Shown one piece after another: positions 38,266 through 52,129 of a stretch of DNA of 64,000 nt. How positions within the stretch are numbered: the first letter of the stretch is position 1; each line of letters opens with the position of its first letter. The position numbers were made by a program, and so were the translations under genes. Source of the stretch: Chiloscyllium plagiosum (taxonomy: Eukaryota); assembly GCF_004010195.1 (NCBI RefSeq), contig NC_057717.1, forward strand, positions 69,770,721 through 69,834,720, written 5' to 3'. The notes under the pieces were generated by a model, which worked only from the letters and a program-made list of their open reading frames with translations, had not been told where the DNA came from and made no database searches.

Positions 38266-38884
38266 GGACGTAATTAACAATTTTATCTGATCTAACAATG
38301 CCTTTATTGAATGCTCTCATTCTTGCGGTTTGTAACATCAAAGGAATCTCTCCTCCAGTTCGTCCCTCTCCCCTGTCATTTCATCCAAATTTCCACAAAG
38401 TGTTCTGAGTTCATTTTTGATATGATTCTGTCTTTATTGTGAATCTTTCTGCTCTTCTGTATATTTTCCTGCTTTTGTTTTTGATTTCCTTTCGTATCGA
38501 GTGCTGGCATTGTGAAGCTCAGAAACAATGAAATGTTGCGTTTTTAACAATTGTTTACTTCCTGGTGAGCACCGTGTGGTGCTCCGTGGTAGATAGGGAT
38601 TTTCAGCAGCTTTGACTCATGTCTTTCAAAACTGATCCACGCCTGTCCACTGAACGCCTATGTTTGTCCCTATCAGCTGATCTGCGGTCAATAGTAATTG
38701 GAAGCCCCTCGAGTATTTTTAAAGAAGACTAGACATCAAATTTGTAGTTTAGTGGATTCTGACTGACTCCTATTATTGAAAAGTTAGGCGAGGTGATGGG
38801 GAATTTTTTTTGTGGTTGTGTTGTGATCTACCCCAGAGATTCTAGGAAACCTTAGGATTTGTTGACCCAACTCTGGAAGGAGTA

Positions 38885-39830
38885 TGGGGACTGCAGTTGC
38901 AGCATCTGGGTCTATAACACGAACAACAAATGGAGCAGAGGTTGCAGAGAGGGGTAGCTCTGAAACCACGGAGTGAGTGAACGTCGGGAAAGGGATCTAC
39001 CATATCCACCCCACTTTTCCAAGAACAGCTTCCCAAGCCACACTTAACCCAGGAGCAGAGTGTGAGGGTACCCTGATTATACAGAAAGCTGATCAAGCAC
39101 TGTGTTACCTCTTTCAACACGATCTGGAGCTTCACACCGAGGTGGGGGAGGGGCGGGGGGGGGTTGTCGGGGGCTTTTAGGGGAAACACTGTTGCTAGTG
39201 GCTGTTAAGATCACAGTTTTATTCAGCTTCCATGATCCAGAACTTTCCAACTATGAGTGTGTGACACATGCACCATCTTGCTGTATGTTAATATCAATCT
39301 CACCATTCGGTTTCGGAGGATATATGTGTTGAATGAGGCAAAAATAATGTTTTCTTCCTCAGCAGGGACATTCCTTGATTTCCCAATATAGCGCGATTTC
39401 CCGATGGTATATATGGTTATGCGGAGTACCCATGTCAATGTGGGGTTACAGAAACTGAAGGAATTTTCACTCTATTAATATTGCGGTATGACCATGTACA
39501 GTACATCATGTTGGTGAATATCCATTGCCCTGACAGCCACGGCCTCTTCATTCAGAAGCAGTCAGCCATTCCCATTGTATTTGGACCTCTGTATTAAAAG
39601 AAAGAATGCCTCTTGCATAACGTCTGTCCCGTTAAGACTCGTTTCCAAATTTCCTCCCTCTCACCATTCCCCACTAACCACCAACCACATCAAAATATTC
39701 AGTGTGTAATGAGAGCAATGGAGCCACTGGGAATATCCAGGAGCAGAACATCAAGGGATGGAGCAACGCTTCCGAAGTCTGAACATGTAAGAGTGAACCT
39801 TCTGTTGCATCACTGTATCACTAAGTCCTG
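38885..39830 (+). mobile_element. PIF/Harbinger transposase relic (HARBI1-like DDE), with multiple frameshifts
   Basis: Ordered motifs LTQEQSVR, ALCYLFQHDL, LLVAVKITVLFSF, RN*RNFHSINI, DHVQYIMLVNIHCPDSHGLFIQKQSAIP, CNESNGATGNIQEQNI and QRFRSL. These match recalled Harbinger motifs LPVAVKVT, NRKGFHSIN, PGSxHD and YNxxHxxTRxxIEQTIGxLKxRFRCL. Confidence 0.75.
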
Positions 39831-39999
39831 TAGTCGCTTTCCATTTCAGTAACGTACTACCATCCATTCTTCCTGAAAATAAAAATGAAAGATTGTCTAT
39901 CACATTCTGCATCACCTTTCAAACAAATATCCATTTTGGTAACCGTTTTTATATCCAAAGTGGACAATGGAACTTCTTTAACAAACATGTCCTGTTGGA

Positions 40000-40195
40000 C
40001 CCCATATACTAACCACTAAGAATCCACCAACCCCAGCAGACTCAGACATATAAATGGCAATTGGAACGTAACATAAACATTTCACTGGAGGCACATGGAC
40101 GATATTACCCAGAATGGTGACAAAACATCTGCGACTAACTAGTCAGCTCAGCAAGAAAGTCACTAACCTTATTCACAACCTGAGCTACAAAAATT
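40000..40195 (+). mobile_element. PLE terminus of the same family as the 36.9 kb palindrome, decayed
   Basis: GATATTACCCAGAATGGTGACAAAACATCTG..CAGCTCAGCAAG. Confidence 0.65.
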
Positions 40196-40244
40196 GAATA
40201 TTCTATTTTAACGTGTCTGCTCCCAGGTCCGTGTATGAGGCATC

Positions 40245-41030
40245 AGTGGCTGAATGAACTGATGCTGTTCCTGTTTTGCAAGCTCGATGGACTGAATGTC
40301 CTCCTTGTGTTCCTATATTATAATCTCAATGGGCTGAATGTCCTCCTGGTGTCCCTACATTATGGTCTCAATGGTCGGAATGTCCTGCTGCAGTTCGTGA
40401 ATCAGTGGGAAAACGTCTGCTTGTCCTCCGCTTGTTGAGATGTAAGGAGCTTGATGGCTTATGCAATCTTCCTGTTACTATGTAACAGTTTTAGGGGCTG
40501 AATGGCCTCCCAAGTTTCCCCTATAATGGAGCTGAGGTACCTTACAGTCTCAACCTGCATTCCTGAAATGAGACAAGAGAAATTATTACTCATCTCCTGT
40601 TCCCATATAACAGGCATGTCAGCTGAATTAACTTCTGCTTTCCCGTAAAAAAAAGTCTGAAGTAGTTTGTATCCTTCTCCAATTACCGCACAACGCAGTC
40701 GATGAGCTGAATGGTCTCTTCTTTTTCCATGTATGAATGTCAAGTCGTTTTGTGTTCCAGACTTGAAGCTGAATGCACTGATCCTGGTGCTATGCATCAG
40801 GATACTGGTATTGCATGACTTCCACTCGGGCCAGTGCTATAGGGTAGAAAGGTTGATTGGCCTCCTCCTGTAACAATGAATACGGCTTCCGGTTGAGAAG
40901 AGCCTCATCCTGCTTTTTTTGTAACCTGTTCGAACGCCTGAATATGGGTTTGCGGTTCATATGTAGCAGGCTCAAAAGACGGAACGGATTCTGCCAATTC
41001 CTGTGTAATTGGGTTCTGTTGCTGAGTACT
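40245..41030. repeat. Decayed satellite array, unit about 42 bp
   Basis: Recurrent GGGCTGAATG(G/T)CCTCCT..GTTCCT units. Confidence 0.8.
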
Positions 41031-41559
41031 TCCAGTCTTCGATGTAAAAATGAAATCAGCTTTCATTCTTGTTACCTGCAATGGGTTTTGAATCAAACCC
41101 ATCACCATTTACATGTTAGCACCTTAATTCCAGAAATCAGTTGAGGGAACCACTTGTGAGCTGCTTCAAGTTGAACAGTATCCTTCCTTCAGTGAGGGGA
41201 TTAAATCTATAAACACGGACCTTATGTCTGAAAGTGGATAGATTGTGCTGCATTTCAGAAGGTACAAGTATATGCTTCTGTGATTGCATGTTTGCAGAAG
41301 GTCAATCGTTGAGCAGTTTAAGACAGGAATTAATGGGAACTCTTAAACAAGGATTTTAAGACTGCGTGATGTTCATTTCAAAATGATTTAACTACAGGAG
41401 TACGGTTGTCTTACTGGGGCTCTACAGGGCCTTGGTGAGTCCTCATCTCGAACATTGTATAATATTGTGTGCAGTTTTGGTCATTGTCAGTGGACATTGT
41501 TTTCAAGGTAACTAGTAGTTACACAAGATGTTAGATGTGGACGTTTTATTAATTGTTTT

Positions 41560-42640
41560 GAACTGGCTGGAATGTAAAAGATAGAAGATGGGTTCAAAGG
41601 TTGTTTTTGAGACTGGACGCCAATGACCAACTATGTGCGACAAGGATCGGTGATGGGTCCACTGTTTTTCGTCATTTATATAAATGATTTGTGTGTCATC
41701 ATAGGAGGTATTGTTAATAAGTTTGTAGATAGCACCAACATTTGCAAGTAGATTGAACAGCGAAGATGCTTAGCTCAGTTTACAAATGGATCTTGATCAG
41801 ATGAATCAGTGAACAAAGCAGTGGCAGATGGTGTTCAAATTAGATAAATGTGAGGCGCGGTATTTTGGAAAGGCAAATCAGGGCATGGTTTATATGCTTA
41901 ACGATAAGTTCCTGGGGAGTGTTGATGACTAAAGAGACCTTGATGTGCAGGATCATTGTTCCTTGGACGTGGAGGCATATGTAGATAGGACAGAGAAGAA
42001 AGTGTTTGCGATGCTTGATTTTCTTGGTCAGTGCAATGTGTATAGAAGTTGGGATGTCATGTTGCAGTTGAACAGTATACTGTTTACTCCACGTTTGGAA
42101 TACTGCGTGATGTTAGGTATCTCTGCTGTAGGAATGAAGTTGTGAAACTTGAAATGCTTCGTAGAAGGTTTACAAGGATATTTCCAGAGTTGGACAATTT
42201 GAATTATAGGGAGAGGCTGAATAGGCTGGGGCTATTTTCTATCGTGTGTTGGAGGCTGAGAGGTGAACTCACACAGCTTTATAGAATCAGGAAGGGCATG
42301 ACTAGTGTGAATAGACAAAAAGGTTTCATTTGGGTGTGGAGTCCGAAACTAGAGACGGAGGTTTAAAAGATAGAATACATTTAAAAGGGACCTAAGGGAC
42401 AACTATTTTTTTTCCGCAGGGGGTGGTGCGACTATAGAATGAGCTACCAAAGAAAGTGGCGGTGGTTGTTTCAAATGCAACATTTAAACTGCATCTGGAT
42501 GGATTTACGATTAAGGAGGATTTAGAGGGAAATGTTTCAAACGCTAGCAAATGGAAATGATTTATATAGGAAATCTGTTTGGCTTGGTCAATTTGTACTA
42601 AAGAGTCTTTTTCTATGTTGTACAGCTCGATGATCTGTGA
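41560..42640 (+). mobile_element. Old CR1 RT and 3' end
   Basis: SWDVMLQLNSILFTPRLEYCV and RRFTRIFPELDNLNYRERLNRLGLFS. Confidence 0.85.
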
Positions 42641-44229
42641 GTATATAATTTCAGACAGCTTCCAGAGCAGCAGCTTGTGCTGGATTCTTGGCAATCCAGT
42701 GAAATTTCCACAAAAGCACCATCTCATCATGGGTACCTATGGAAACCCACACTGAGCAGGTTATTTCTGCTGCTTAACAACGTTGTCAAAAATAAATTCC
42801 AACAATTAAATTATCTTAATGAGACTACAGGTGTGGCAACTGATCAGATTGTAATTTCCTCCTCTTAGGGAACAGGCTATAGTTGAGTAATTTTCTACAT
42901 TTCCAGGTAGGTGTCAGAGTTGGACCTGGAATGAAAATTCTCCCCAGGGCCACGGTTTGTTGCGCAGTAAAAGTTTTTAGTCCAAATGAAGGAAAACTGG
43001 TCAGGGCCCATTGTCTTTTTCGTATTGACTGCTTTCAGCAGTTGCTTGATGTCACGTGTATTGAATCAGACTGGTTGAAGACAAACGTCTGTGATTCTGC
43101 GAACATCATGACGAGGGTATGGTGATCATCAACGCAACACCTCTGGCTGAGGATGTTGCAGATACCACATGGTATGCAGGGTTGTTCAATTATTTAAGAT
43201 TAATATATTTATGCAGTTCTCTGCTCCATTGAGTTGCTTAATATTCTATCACCATTTATGACTATGTTTGGCAGGACTGTAAGGCTTAGGTCTGATCTCT
43301 TGGTCTACTAATCATTTCACTTTCGCTATCTCATTAACAGCTAATAGAGAAGGTGAAGTGATCCCAAGATAAAGAGAACGGATAATGTTTTCTGTTGTTT
43401 GGCATGTAAGCAATCAAGTGTGATAGTTTTCATAGGTTGTTGTCCGGTTTAGGTAAATATGGTTCTGACGCTAGCATGTTCACCCACACTCATCACTGAA
43501 CAATAGATTGGCTCGAAGCTATTGCAAAACTGAGGCTTGTCAAAAGCCTGTAGATTGTGGTTGTATGCAATTCTGCGTCTGCTGCTGCTCTGGTAAACAG
43601 CATGAAATGAATGTCCAGTTTTGAGCTGCAATATCTGCATTGGAATTCTGTTGTCTCTCCTCCAATTTTCCCAGAGGCCAATTCACCCATCAGCCCTGTA
43701 CGCAGTGACTTGCACTGTTTTCTGATGTAGTTATACTTCCATTTTAATATTCTCACCCCTCTGATGATCTATCCCGTGTTTGACAACACCAATTTGTAAG
43801 AATCGTGCAAGAAAAGCAACATATTCATATGAAACGTTTTCCTTCCAGTCGTGCCATCTTCTGCGTTTAAAGGTAATGTGGTTCCATCTGCTTCTCTCCC
43901 TAACCATGATTAAGAGTTTTGTAATATCAGTGAAATGTCTTTGCGGTTTCAGAAGCAATGAAGTTGTGCACCTTGCAGTACTGATCAATTCCCAATGTAT
44001 GGCGATATATTTTGGAAATACTTGGAGAATACAGTCAATCTCAGCAGAGCATGTGTTCAGTCACTTGAGGAGGTATCCCCTGAATGATTACAAAGTACCA
44101 GGCTTAAAAATTGCAATGTTTTCTCTAACAAGGATGTTAAAATATACCTTAGGAAGGTCAGTGGATGTACAATGGTAGACATTTAAGCGGATATTTCATA
44201 ATGTTCAGCAATGATCTTTTTCTGTTCAG

Positions 44230-45700
44230 GAAGCAGAGCTCGATAAGAAGTTGAATCGCCCATGGTTCGCTAAAGGTGTCAAGGAGAATATTAAGTCACA
44301 TACTAAAGAATTCAAGTTATTCTCAGTCAGGTTTGGGATTTTTTTTTACAAACCAGAGGCAGATGATATGAAGCTAAAAATGGAATACTATGCAAGTATT
44401 TATTAAGAAATATAAAAACAACAACCTAGGTTTTCCTTCTATTTATTTAAAACATTCCAAGATGAGTCCGCGACCATTTGAGGAAAGAAAAAACCCGGGA
44501 AAGCTTATATTGGATACTTGGACAATGCAAGTGGAGAGTTCGTTACAAGGAACAGACAAACATTTTAACTGCCATCAACTACTACCCTCTGTCTTCTTCC
44601 ATCCAGCCAATTCCTAATCCAAACCTCCAACTCACCCTCAATGCCATATCTCTCCATATCTCAATGCAAGTGGAGAGTTCGTTACAAGGAACAGACAAAC
44701 ATTTTAACTAGAATTTTGCATTGGAAGACACTGTAAATATTTCACAAGTGATGTTAGCAGGATGGTTAATAAAAAGGAAAGTTGAGTTGTCTCGAAGAAT
44801 AGGAGCAAGTCAGTCGACAAGCACATAAGACGCAGGTAGACAAAACAGCTGCAACTGGTATTCTGTTTTGATAGAAATGCTTGCAAAGTGATTGGCCATA
44901 TTATGTGAAATACTCCATAACTTTCTGGATTAGCAGAGTGTGTTGTCGAAACTGGAGAAACTCCAATGTTGCAACTGCCTTCAATAAGGAAACGAGATAG
45001 AAAGCAGAAACCTATCGGCCATTTCACCTCACAAAAATTGCTAGGAATACTCTAGAGTCTGTTATTAAGAAAGGAGTTGCAGGACATTTAGAAAAGCTTA
45101 ACATAATCAAAGTCAACACAATTTGTGAAAGGGAAGTTATGTGTTGCCTTGTAATATTATGAAAAACCTAGCTGGAGTTCACTGAGAAAGGGGTTCAGGT
45201 GTTCCTGTGTATGAAACATACAGTTAGCGTGCTGGTGCAGCAAGTAACTAGGATGATTCATTAGGCTGGCTCTTGGAATGAAAGTGGTGACTTGTCAAAG
45301 ATGTCTAAAATGTTGAGTCATTAATTCATTGTAGTTGAAATGAGGGGTGATATTACTGAACCAAGATACAGAGCGGGGTAGACAAGTTAAATGTTGAGAA
45401 GGTGTTTCCACTCCTGGAACTAGTCTCAAACGGAAGGGCATGGATACTCAAAAAGAGACATCAATTTAAAATCGAGATGAAAAGGAATTTCTTCTCTCAA
45501 AAAGTAGTGAAATTTCTGGAATTGATTAAACAAGAGAAGTCTGGAGGCCAAATTACTGAAAGAATGTAAAGACGAGTAGAATCTATATTTCTGAGGTATC
45601 AGCGAGAGGAGGGGTCAGGAAACTAGCAAGAAAATGTAGGTGAATCCTAAAGCATATCAGCCATGCTGTTACTGAATGATAGGGCTCGAATAGACAACTC
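44230..45700 (+). mobile_element. Highly decayed CR1-type LINE fragments
   Basis: AAAGCAGAAACCTATCGGCC (NYRP region) and GAATTTCTTCTCTCA (FFSQ region). Confidence 0.55.
44523..44709. repeat. 48-bp perfect direct repeats (44523-44570 and 44662-44709) flanking a 91-bp antisense CR1 fragment
   Basis: CAATGCAAGTGGAGAGTTCGTTACAAGGAACAGACAAACATTTTAACT occurs twice. Confidence 0.92.
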
Positions 45701-46329
45701 GTAGTGTCAGAAACAATGAATTTTGATCCTTGCACGATTGCGCACTTCCTGGTGTCTGGTGTTCCTTGTTGGACAGGATATTTGATCACCTTGGACACAC
45801 GTCAGTGAAACATGTCTAAAAGCAAAACTTGTTGAGAAAACAAACCAGTCTGGCAACGACTGTGGATTGAAAGCCGAGTTAATATTTCGGATCCAGTGGT
45901 CATTCTTCAGAGTTCCTAATTGCTCCAGAAATATGGTTTATTTCCCCAGTTCTTTATTTTATTGAAAACTGAAACGCTGGACGTCTGGCAACACCTATGG
46001 AGAGAGATAAGAAATGATAACGGTTCTAGTCGAGCGTGAAACCACTTCAGTGCTGAAAAAAAAATTGAAAATTGTCTTATTAACAAATTGGCAGAGCTGG
46101 AGGAGGGGTGACGAGGAACAGAGAGAGTGGAGGTGCAGTGCGAAATATAAACATTGTTTTTGTGATTGAAGTGAAACAGGTGAAAAATTGATGTAAATAA
46201 AGGTCTGACTGAAGGAAATAGTTTCTCGTTATTCACACCAAGATAAACAAGACATAATCAAAACAAGGTTTTCGGGAGACGGAGATAGAATACATAAAAA
46301 TGGGAGAAAAGCCATCATGGGGTCAGGCT

Positions 46330-47120
46330 GTGAAGTTATTGAATTGAATAGCAAGTCCTCCCGGATGTAAAGTACCAACACACAAAGTGAGGTGTAACTT
46401 GAGCTTTATTTGCGCTTCATTGAAGCATGAGAGCAGACCTGGACCGAAATATTAACATGAGAGCAAGGTCGTAAATTGAGGTGGTCATGCATGAGAAGAC
46501 CAGGACTATTCCTACACACTGACGGGAAGTTTACCTCAAAGCAGTGTCTGTTTGGTCTCACCAATATAAAGGAAATTGCATTGTGAGCAGTAATGACAGT
46601 ATATTGGATTTAAGTGTACAAGTGAAATGTTGCTTTATCCGAACGTGGTGTTTAAGGTCATGAACAGTGAGGAAAAAGAAGTGAATCGACAAGTGCTGCA
46701 GCTTCTTCAATTGCATGAGAAGCTGCAATGGGGTCTTGGGAAAGTGTTCGAGTTGATGGAGGGTCTCACGGGAGGGGCAACAATACCTATGAAATTCTGA
46801 CAGTGGACAGGAAGGGAAGACATGCTTGATGGCGTTGTCCTGCTGGATGTGGCGGAAGATGATGCCTTGATTGTAGAGTCTAGTATGGTGCAAAATGGGG
46901 ACAAGGTGATCTCGACCATTCCTCTGGAAAGGTGGGGAAGGGGTGAGGCAAAAGTGCAGAAGATGGGGTCATCATAGCTGAAGATTGTGTTCAACAGAAT
47001 TGGGGGCATTTCTTGTTTGATGGGGAAAAGCAACTCATATCAGAAGCTTCCCACAGCAATGTGGCGTAATCAAACAGAAATAACAGAGATGGATAAACTG
47101 GGAAAATGAAGTCATGTTCA
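46330..47120 (-). mobile_element. Old PLE fragment
   Basis: IIFRHIQQDNAIKHVFPSCPLSEFHR and HVRIKQHFTCT. Confidence 0.7.
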
Positions 47121-47449
47121 TCTGAACACGTTCTCAACCACATGCAGAACTTGTCCGCAAATGATGGAGAAGAACTAGGTATCTAAATGACAGATTTTTG
47201 CGTTACATCTAGTTTGAAGCGGAATGTGAAATCAGATGGTTAGTGGATGTAAGCTGTCAGCTATTTAAGCTGTTAATTATTAATGCTTAGATTGCTTCTG
47301 TTCAAAGGGAAGGGACTCAATACGAATGTGAACCAGAAAGGACATCAAGGATGCCTTTCAATCACAAACTAAAGATTTCGAAATGGCAAGAGCTAGTGTA
47401 GGACAGGTTTGAGATGTTCATATTAGAAATAAGAAGAATATGGTGGAAA

Positions 47450-49190
47450 ACAAAAAAAAGGAAAAGTATTGTGTATGAAAACTAATCGGAAATATAAAAT
47501 CATGCAGCAAGAGCTTTCCTTGTATATGTTAAAAGAAAATTTCAGAATGAGCATGTGACCTTTGGAAGAAACCAAGACAGCAATGTAAATATGATGCACC
47601 TGGATGAAGTGAATGTAGAATCGGTTCCAGGGAAGTGCAGGTAATGTAGACCAGTATTTTGTATTGTTCCTCACAGGTGAAGCCGCTGTCAGTATTTCAC
47701 TGCTGTAAGCAAAATGGTAATAAGAGGAAATTCTTGAACTGTCTCCAACAAAAGCAACAAGGATTTTGATTAAACAGATAAAATTAAGGGTACACAATTC
47801 AGCAGGAAAGACGGAATACTGAGGGAGGGTGGTACATGTCAGCAGAAAATGACACACAGTTTCCAAACAAGTGCTTGGAGAGTGACTGGTGGCATTGCTT
47901 GAATTTATTTAAACTCTCTGAATGGTAGGGTTGCTCTTGTGAAACTGGGGAACCTCCAATGTGAAGCCTCTCTGCTTGAATGGAGCGAGAGAGAAAGCAG
48001 GAACCTACAGGCCCTTTAGTCAAACAATTATTGCTCTGAATGTCCTGGAGTCTGTCATTAAAGAAGGAATTGCTGAACGTTTAGAACAGCTGAACGCTTA
48101 ATATTGTTTCCTTCAAGATCATGCAAAATTTTGCTGGAGTTACCTGAGAATATAAAAAGCAGACTTGACGAAGGTGAACTGGGAGACGATGTATTTGGCT
48201 TTCCCAACATTTTCTATAATGTACCATAAAATAAAGTTGGTTCATAAGATAGGGGCTGACAGTATGACGGCTAATGGAATGTGGATTAGTTATAACAGAG
48301 AAGGCTGGCAGTCATTATTAATGGGTATTTATAAGTTTGAAAAGGTATATCTATTGCTCAACCACAAATATTAGTCCTGTAGCATTCGTCATTGGCAATT
48401 AGACTGGCGTTTTGAGTGCACTGTATATCTAATTTGTGGATAATGCAAACATATGTGGGAGGGCATCTTGCAGTAAGGAATGCAAGGAATCTGAAAGCAG
48501 GCATGGATAACGTCATGGAATGGGTAAATGACTGTCAGGTGGAGGTTATTTTATGAACTAAAGTGCAAGGATATGCACTTTGGCTCTAAGAGCCAAAAAG
48601 GGGGCTGTTACATAATGGAGAGGCGCCAATAAAAGTGCAGCATAAAAGAGATTGGAATGGTCCTATGTATGCAATAATGCTGGCATGCTGTGCAGCAAGT
48701 AAATAGCTTGTTCCATTCGTCAGATTCCTGGGATGAAAGTCCTCATTTAGCAAGAACATCTGAAATGGTTCGGCCTTAATTCATTGCAGTTGAGGTGAAT
48801 GACAGGTCACATTACTGAAACATTCAAGATCGAGAGAGTCTTCAAACGGTAGATGTTGAGAAGGTGTTTCCTGTCCTGGACAGAATCTTGATCACAGTGT
48901 AGATAAAGACAATTTACAACTGAAATGCAAAGAACTGTCTTCTAGCAGAAAGTAGTGAATATCTGGAGTTCTCTAACCCAAGGAACTGTGAAGGCTGGAT
49001 CATTCAACATATTTACAGACTAAGTGGATGAGTATTTCACATATCAGCAAGTTGAAGGATACAAACAATTAGCGTGAAAGTGAAGTTGAGCCCTGGAGCA
49101 GATCAGCCATGCTCTGATTGAATGACTGCATAAGCTTGAACGGTTGATAAGCCTACTCCTGTTCCTGTTTCTTATGTTATTATGTTCTGT
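47450..49190 (+). mobile_element. Highly decayed CR1-type LINE with 3' tail
   Basis: MYLAFPTFSIMYHK (from YLDFQKAFDKVPH) and the tail CCTACTCCTGTTCCTGTTTCTTATGTT. Confidence 0.6.
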
Positions 49191-50369
49191 CATGACAAAG
49201 TAACTTGCTGTTTTCCCCAAAGTCTTATTGTGCAATGCCGCATTGAGGGAGAACAGAGAAATTGATTGATCTAAGGGTGGGAAACGGTGGCTTTATTCAC
49301 AGTGAACCTGGATGTGCACATTAACAATAATTGGATCGGAATTTGCAGAGGCAGGAAGCCTGGAAAATTCATTTGGGGTGTCTGGGTGAGTGTGTGTTGG
49401 GAGTGGGCAGTTGGGGGATGCGGGGAGCCGTTGGGAAGCCTGGTGTTTTCAAGAACATTTTTCCATCCACATTTGCAACTAATCGATCTGCTCCAGTGTA
49501 ACAGATCTGAAGGTCTGAATGGAGCATCAGAACATAGGACTCAGGAGCACAAGTGGTCTCTTTGTCCCTTGACACTCTCCCACAAGGAATTAAGACAGTG
49601 GCTCATCTCTTTATGATCCCAGTCGCATTTCTCTATCAATTTTCCATTAACCCTGATGCACCTGACTATCGAAAATTAAACGACGTCAGCCTCGATATAA
49701 GTGAAAGATCCAGCCATCACAAACTTCTGGGAAAGGAAATTTCCACTTTAGTGAATTCTCACCTTGTGGATTTCTCCTTGTCTCTGTTCTGACCGAAGTT
49801 GGAGGGATCACTGCTTCCTTTTCAAGTCCCACTCCTCATCTGGTCAGACCAATTTTACATGTAACCAATTTGGTGAGATGGTCAATAATACAGGTTTCAA
49901 ACTGGGACGATTTCAGTGATACAATGAATTCAGGGAGATTTCTTTCAAAAGCCGTGCCTGAATCATTTATTATCAAAGCAAGCTTTCTCTAACAAAGGAG
50001 AAAGAGTAATGGTAACACATTTGGACTATACAATACTCATCAGCAATCCATCTGATCCACTCTCCTCAAGATCTGGTATAACCAAATAAGACCAACTCTT
50101 ATTCAAAAGGTAACCCATTAACCCTCTACAATATAAGTCATACATTCCAGGAATAAGAGAAGTGAAACATCTCTGAACTGAAGTGAATGTATTCTATCTC
50201 AGGTAAGGAGACAATATACTGAGTCAAAGTCCTCCAGATGCATTATCAATTAGAATGAGTACTTTTGCAGCAACACGCCCGACCGACAAAGCTAATTTAA
50301 AATACAATGAGCAGGAACATTTTATGTATTTTCTTCATTAGAAATCTATTCTCCATCTATTACAGAGAT

Positions 50370-51472
50370 GAGGAGATTTTTTCCCTTTTCTGAGGGTACA
50401 TAGGTGGATGAAGGTGAGGAAGAAGGTAATAGGTCAGAGAGGGGAGTGATGGACGTGTCCAGAGTGTGGTGCTGAGTTGGAGCCTTGTGACTGGGATAAT
50501 GTGGGGAAGGGACAATGAGGAAGCATCAGCGCATCTCCTCCACTTCATGTACCACCACTCTGGAACCATAACCCTGCAAATGCAACAAAGACAGAACCAC
50601 ACATCACGGTCCTCACCTTCCACATCACCAACCTCCGCATACAACACATCGTTCTCTGCTACTTCCAGCACCTCCAAACAGAACTCACAACCAAAGATAT
50701 GTTTCCTCCCAACGCCTAACAGCATTCCGAAAAGGCCATTCAATCCGTGACTCCCTTGCCAGGTCCCCACCTCCCACGAGCCCACACCCCAGTCCTGGTA
50801 CCTTTCCCTGCCACAGCAGGCTGAGCAAAACCTACGCCTACACCACTCTAATCACATCCATCCAAAGTCCATCCTTCCACATCTGTCAGAAATTTGCCTC
50901 TACCTCCACCAAGGTCATCTGCCTGCATCCGTTGCACCCCGTGTGGTCTCCTCGACATAAGGGAGACAGGAATCATTCTTGTGGATTGTTTCAGAGAACA
51001 TCTCTGGGACACCACCCAGATCCCACCAACCCGACCAACCCTTCGCTGAACACTTCAATTCCCATTCAATCAAAGACATGCAGGTCCTGGGCCGTCTCCA
51101 CCACCATAACGCTCCCACCCCACATCTGGAGGAAAAACGCCTCATTTTCCAACTTGGGAACCTGCAGCTACATGGGATAAATTTTGATTACAACAGCTTC
51201 CTCATTTCCCCTCCGCCACAATATCCTAGTCCCAAGTCTTCAAGCCGGCACCCGTCCATTACAAGCCCTCTGACCTGTCACCTTCTTCATCACTTGCATT
51301 CATCTATCGCTTTCCCAGTCACCTTCCTCCAACCCCATCCCCTCTCATTTATCTCAAAGGCCCGACCGACAAGCCTCATTCCTGATGAACGTCTTATACT
51401 CAAAGCGTCGATGCTCCAATTTCTCGGATGCTGCCTGACCTGCTGTGATTTTCAAGCACCACACTCTCGACA
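50370..51472 (+). mobile_element. PLE 3' part (+ strand from about 50520) preceded by a short inverted (-) piece
   Basis: FAEHFNSHSIKDMQVLGRLHHH..LEEKRLIFQLGNLQLHGINFD, with a decayed hammerhead at about 51382. Confidence 0.85.
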
Positions 51473-51654
51473 CAGATAGATTCATGAAAGAGAACGGAGT
51501 AGGAGTTATTGCGGAGAGGGCAGGGATGTGCAATGTGGGAACAATGCTGACAGTAGTACAAAATGAAACTTCAGATGACCAGAACATCCAAGAATATAAC
51601 GGAAAAAGAAATGATAATATAGAGAGAATTTATAAATGTAGATAGTGATAGAAT

Positions 51655-51865
51655 ACAGTCTCTGTACTCCCAGAGGACATTTAGACTGATTTCTCATTCG
51701 AGAGAGACCACCCATACTCGTGTAACCTGATGGTTACCACACCTCGGGTAAGGCTGCAAGGATGAGAAAGTGGAGCTTCATGGTAACGTCTGTCGATGGG
51801 GGAATTGAACGTACGCCTCTGGCCATCCTCACCATCAGAAATTGGCTATCCAGCCAAGTGAGTGG
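51655..51865 (-). mobile_element. Diverged tRNA-derived SINE of a second family (unassigned)
   Basis: Minus strand CTCACTTGGCTGG (A-box-like), GTTCAATTCCC (B-box-like), then GTTACCATGAAG..GAGGTGTGGTAACCATCAGGTT. Confidence 0.55.
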
Positions 51866-52129
51866 AAGACTATGAGATGACTATAGACAGAATAGTCAAA
51901 GACAAATAGTCAAAGACAAAGGACAATCGAAACGTTGATAATAAGGAAGCTAGCATTCAAGGTCATGACTGACGACAAATAACTTCCTCCGTGAAAAATT
52001 GTCTTTCTTAATTAGATAAGTGTTTTGATGCTGTAGTTGGATGAATCTGTCAAGGTGAGACCAGTGAAATAACTGAAATTTCTGATTGTAATTGATTATT
52101 GATAACCATAAAATAAATGTAATTTTCAT

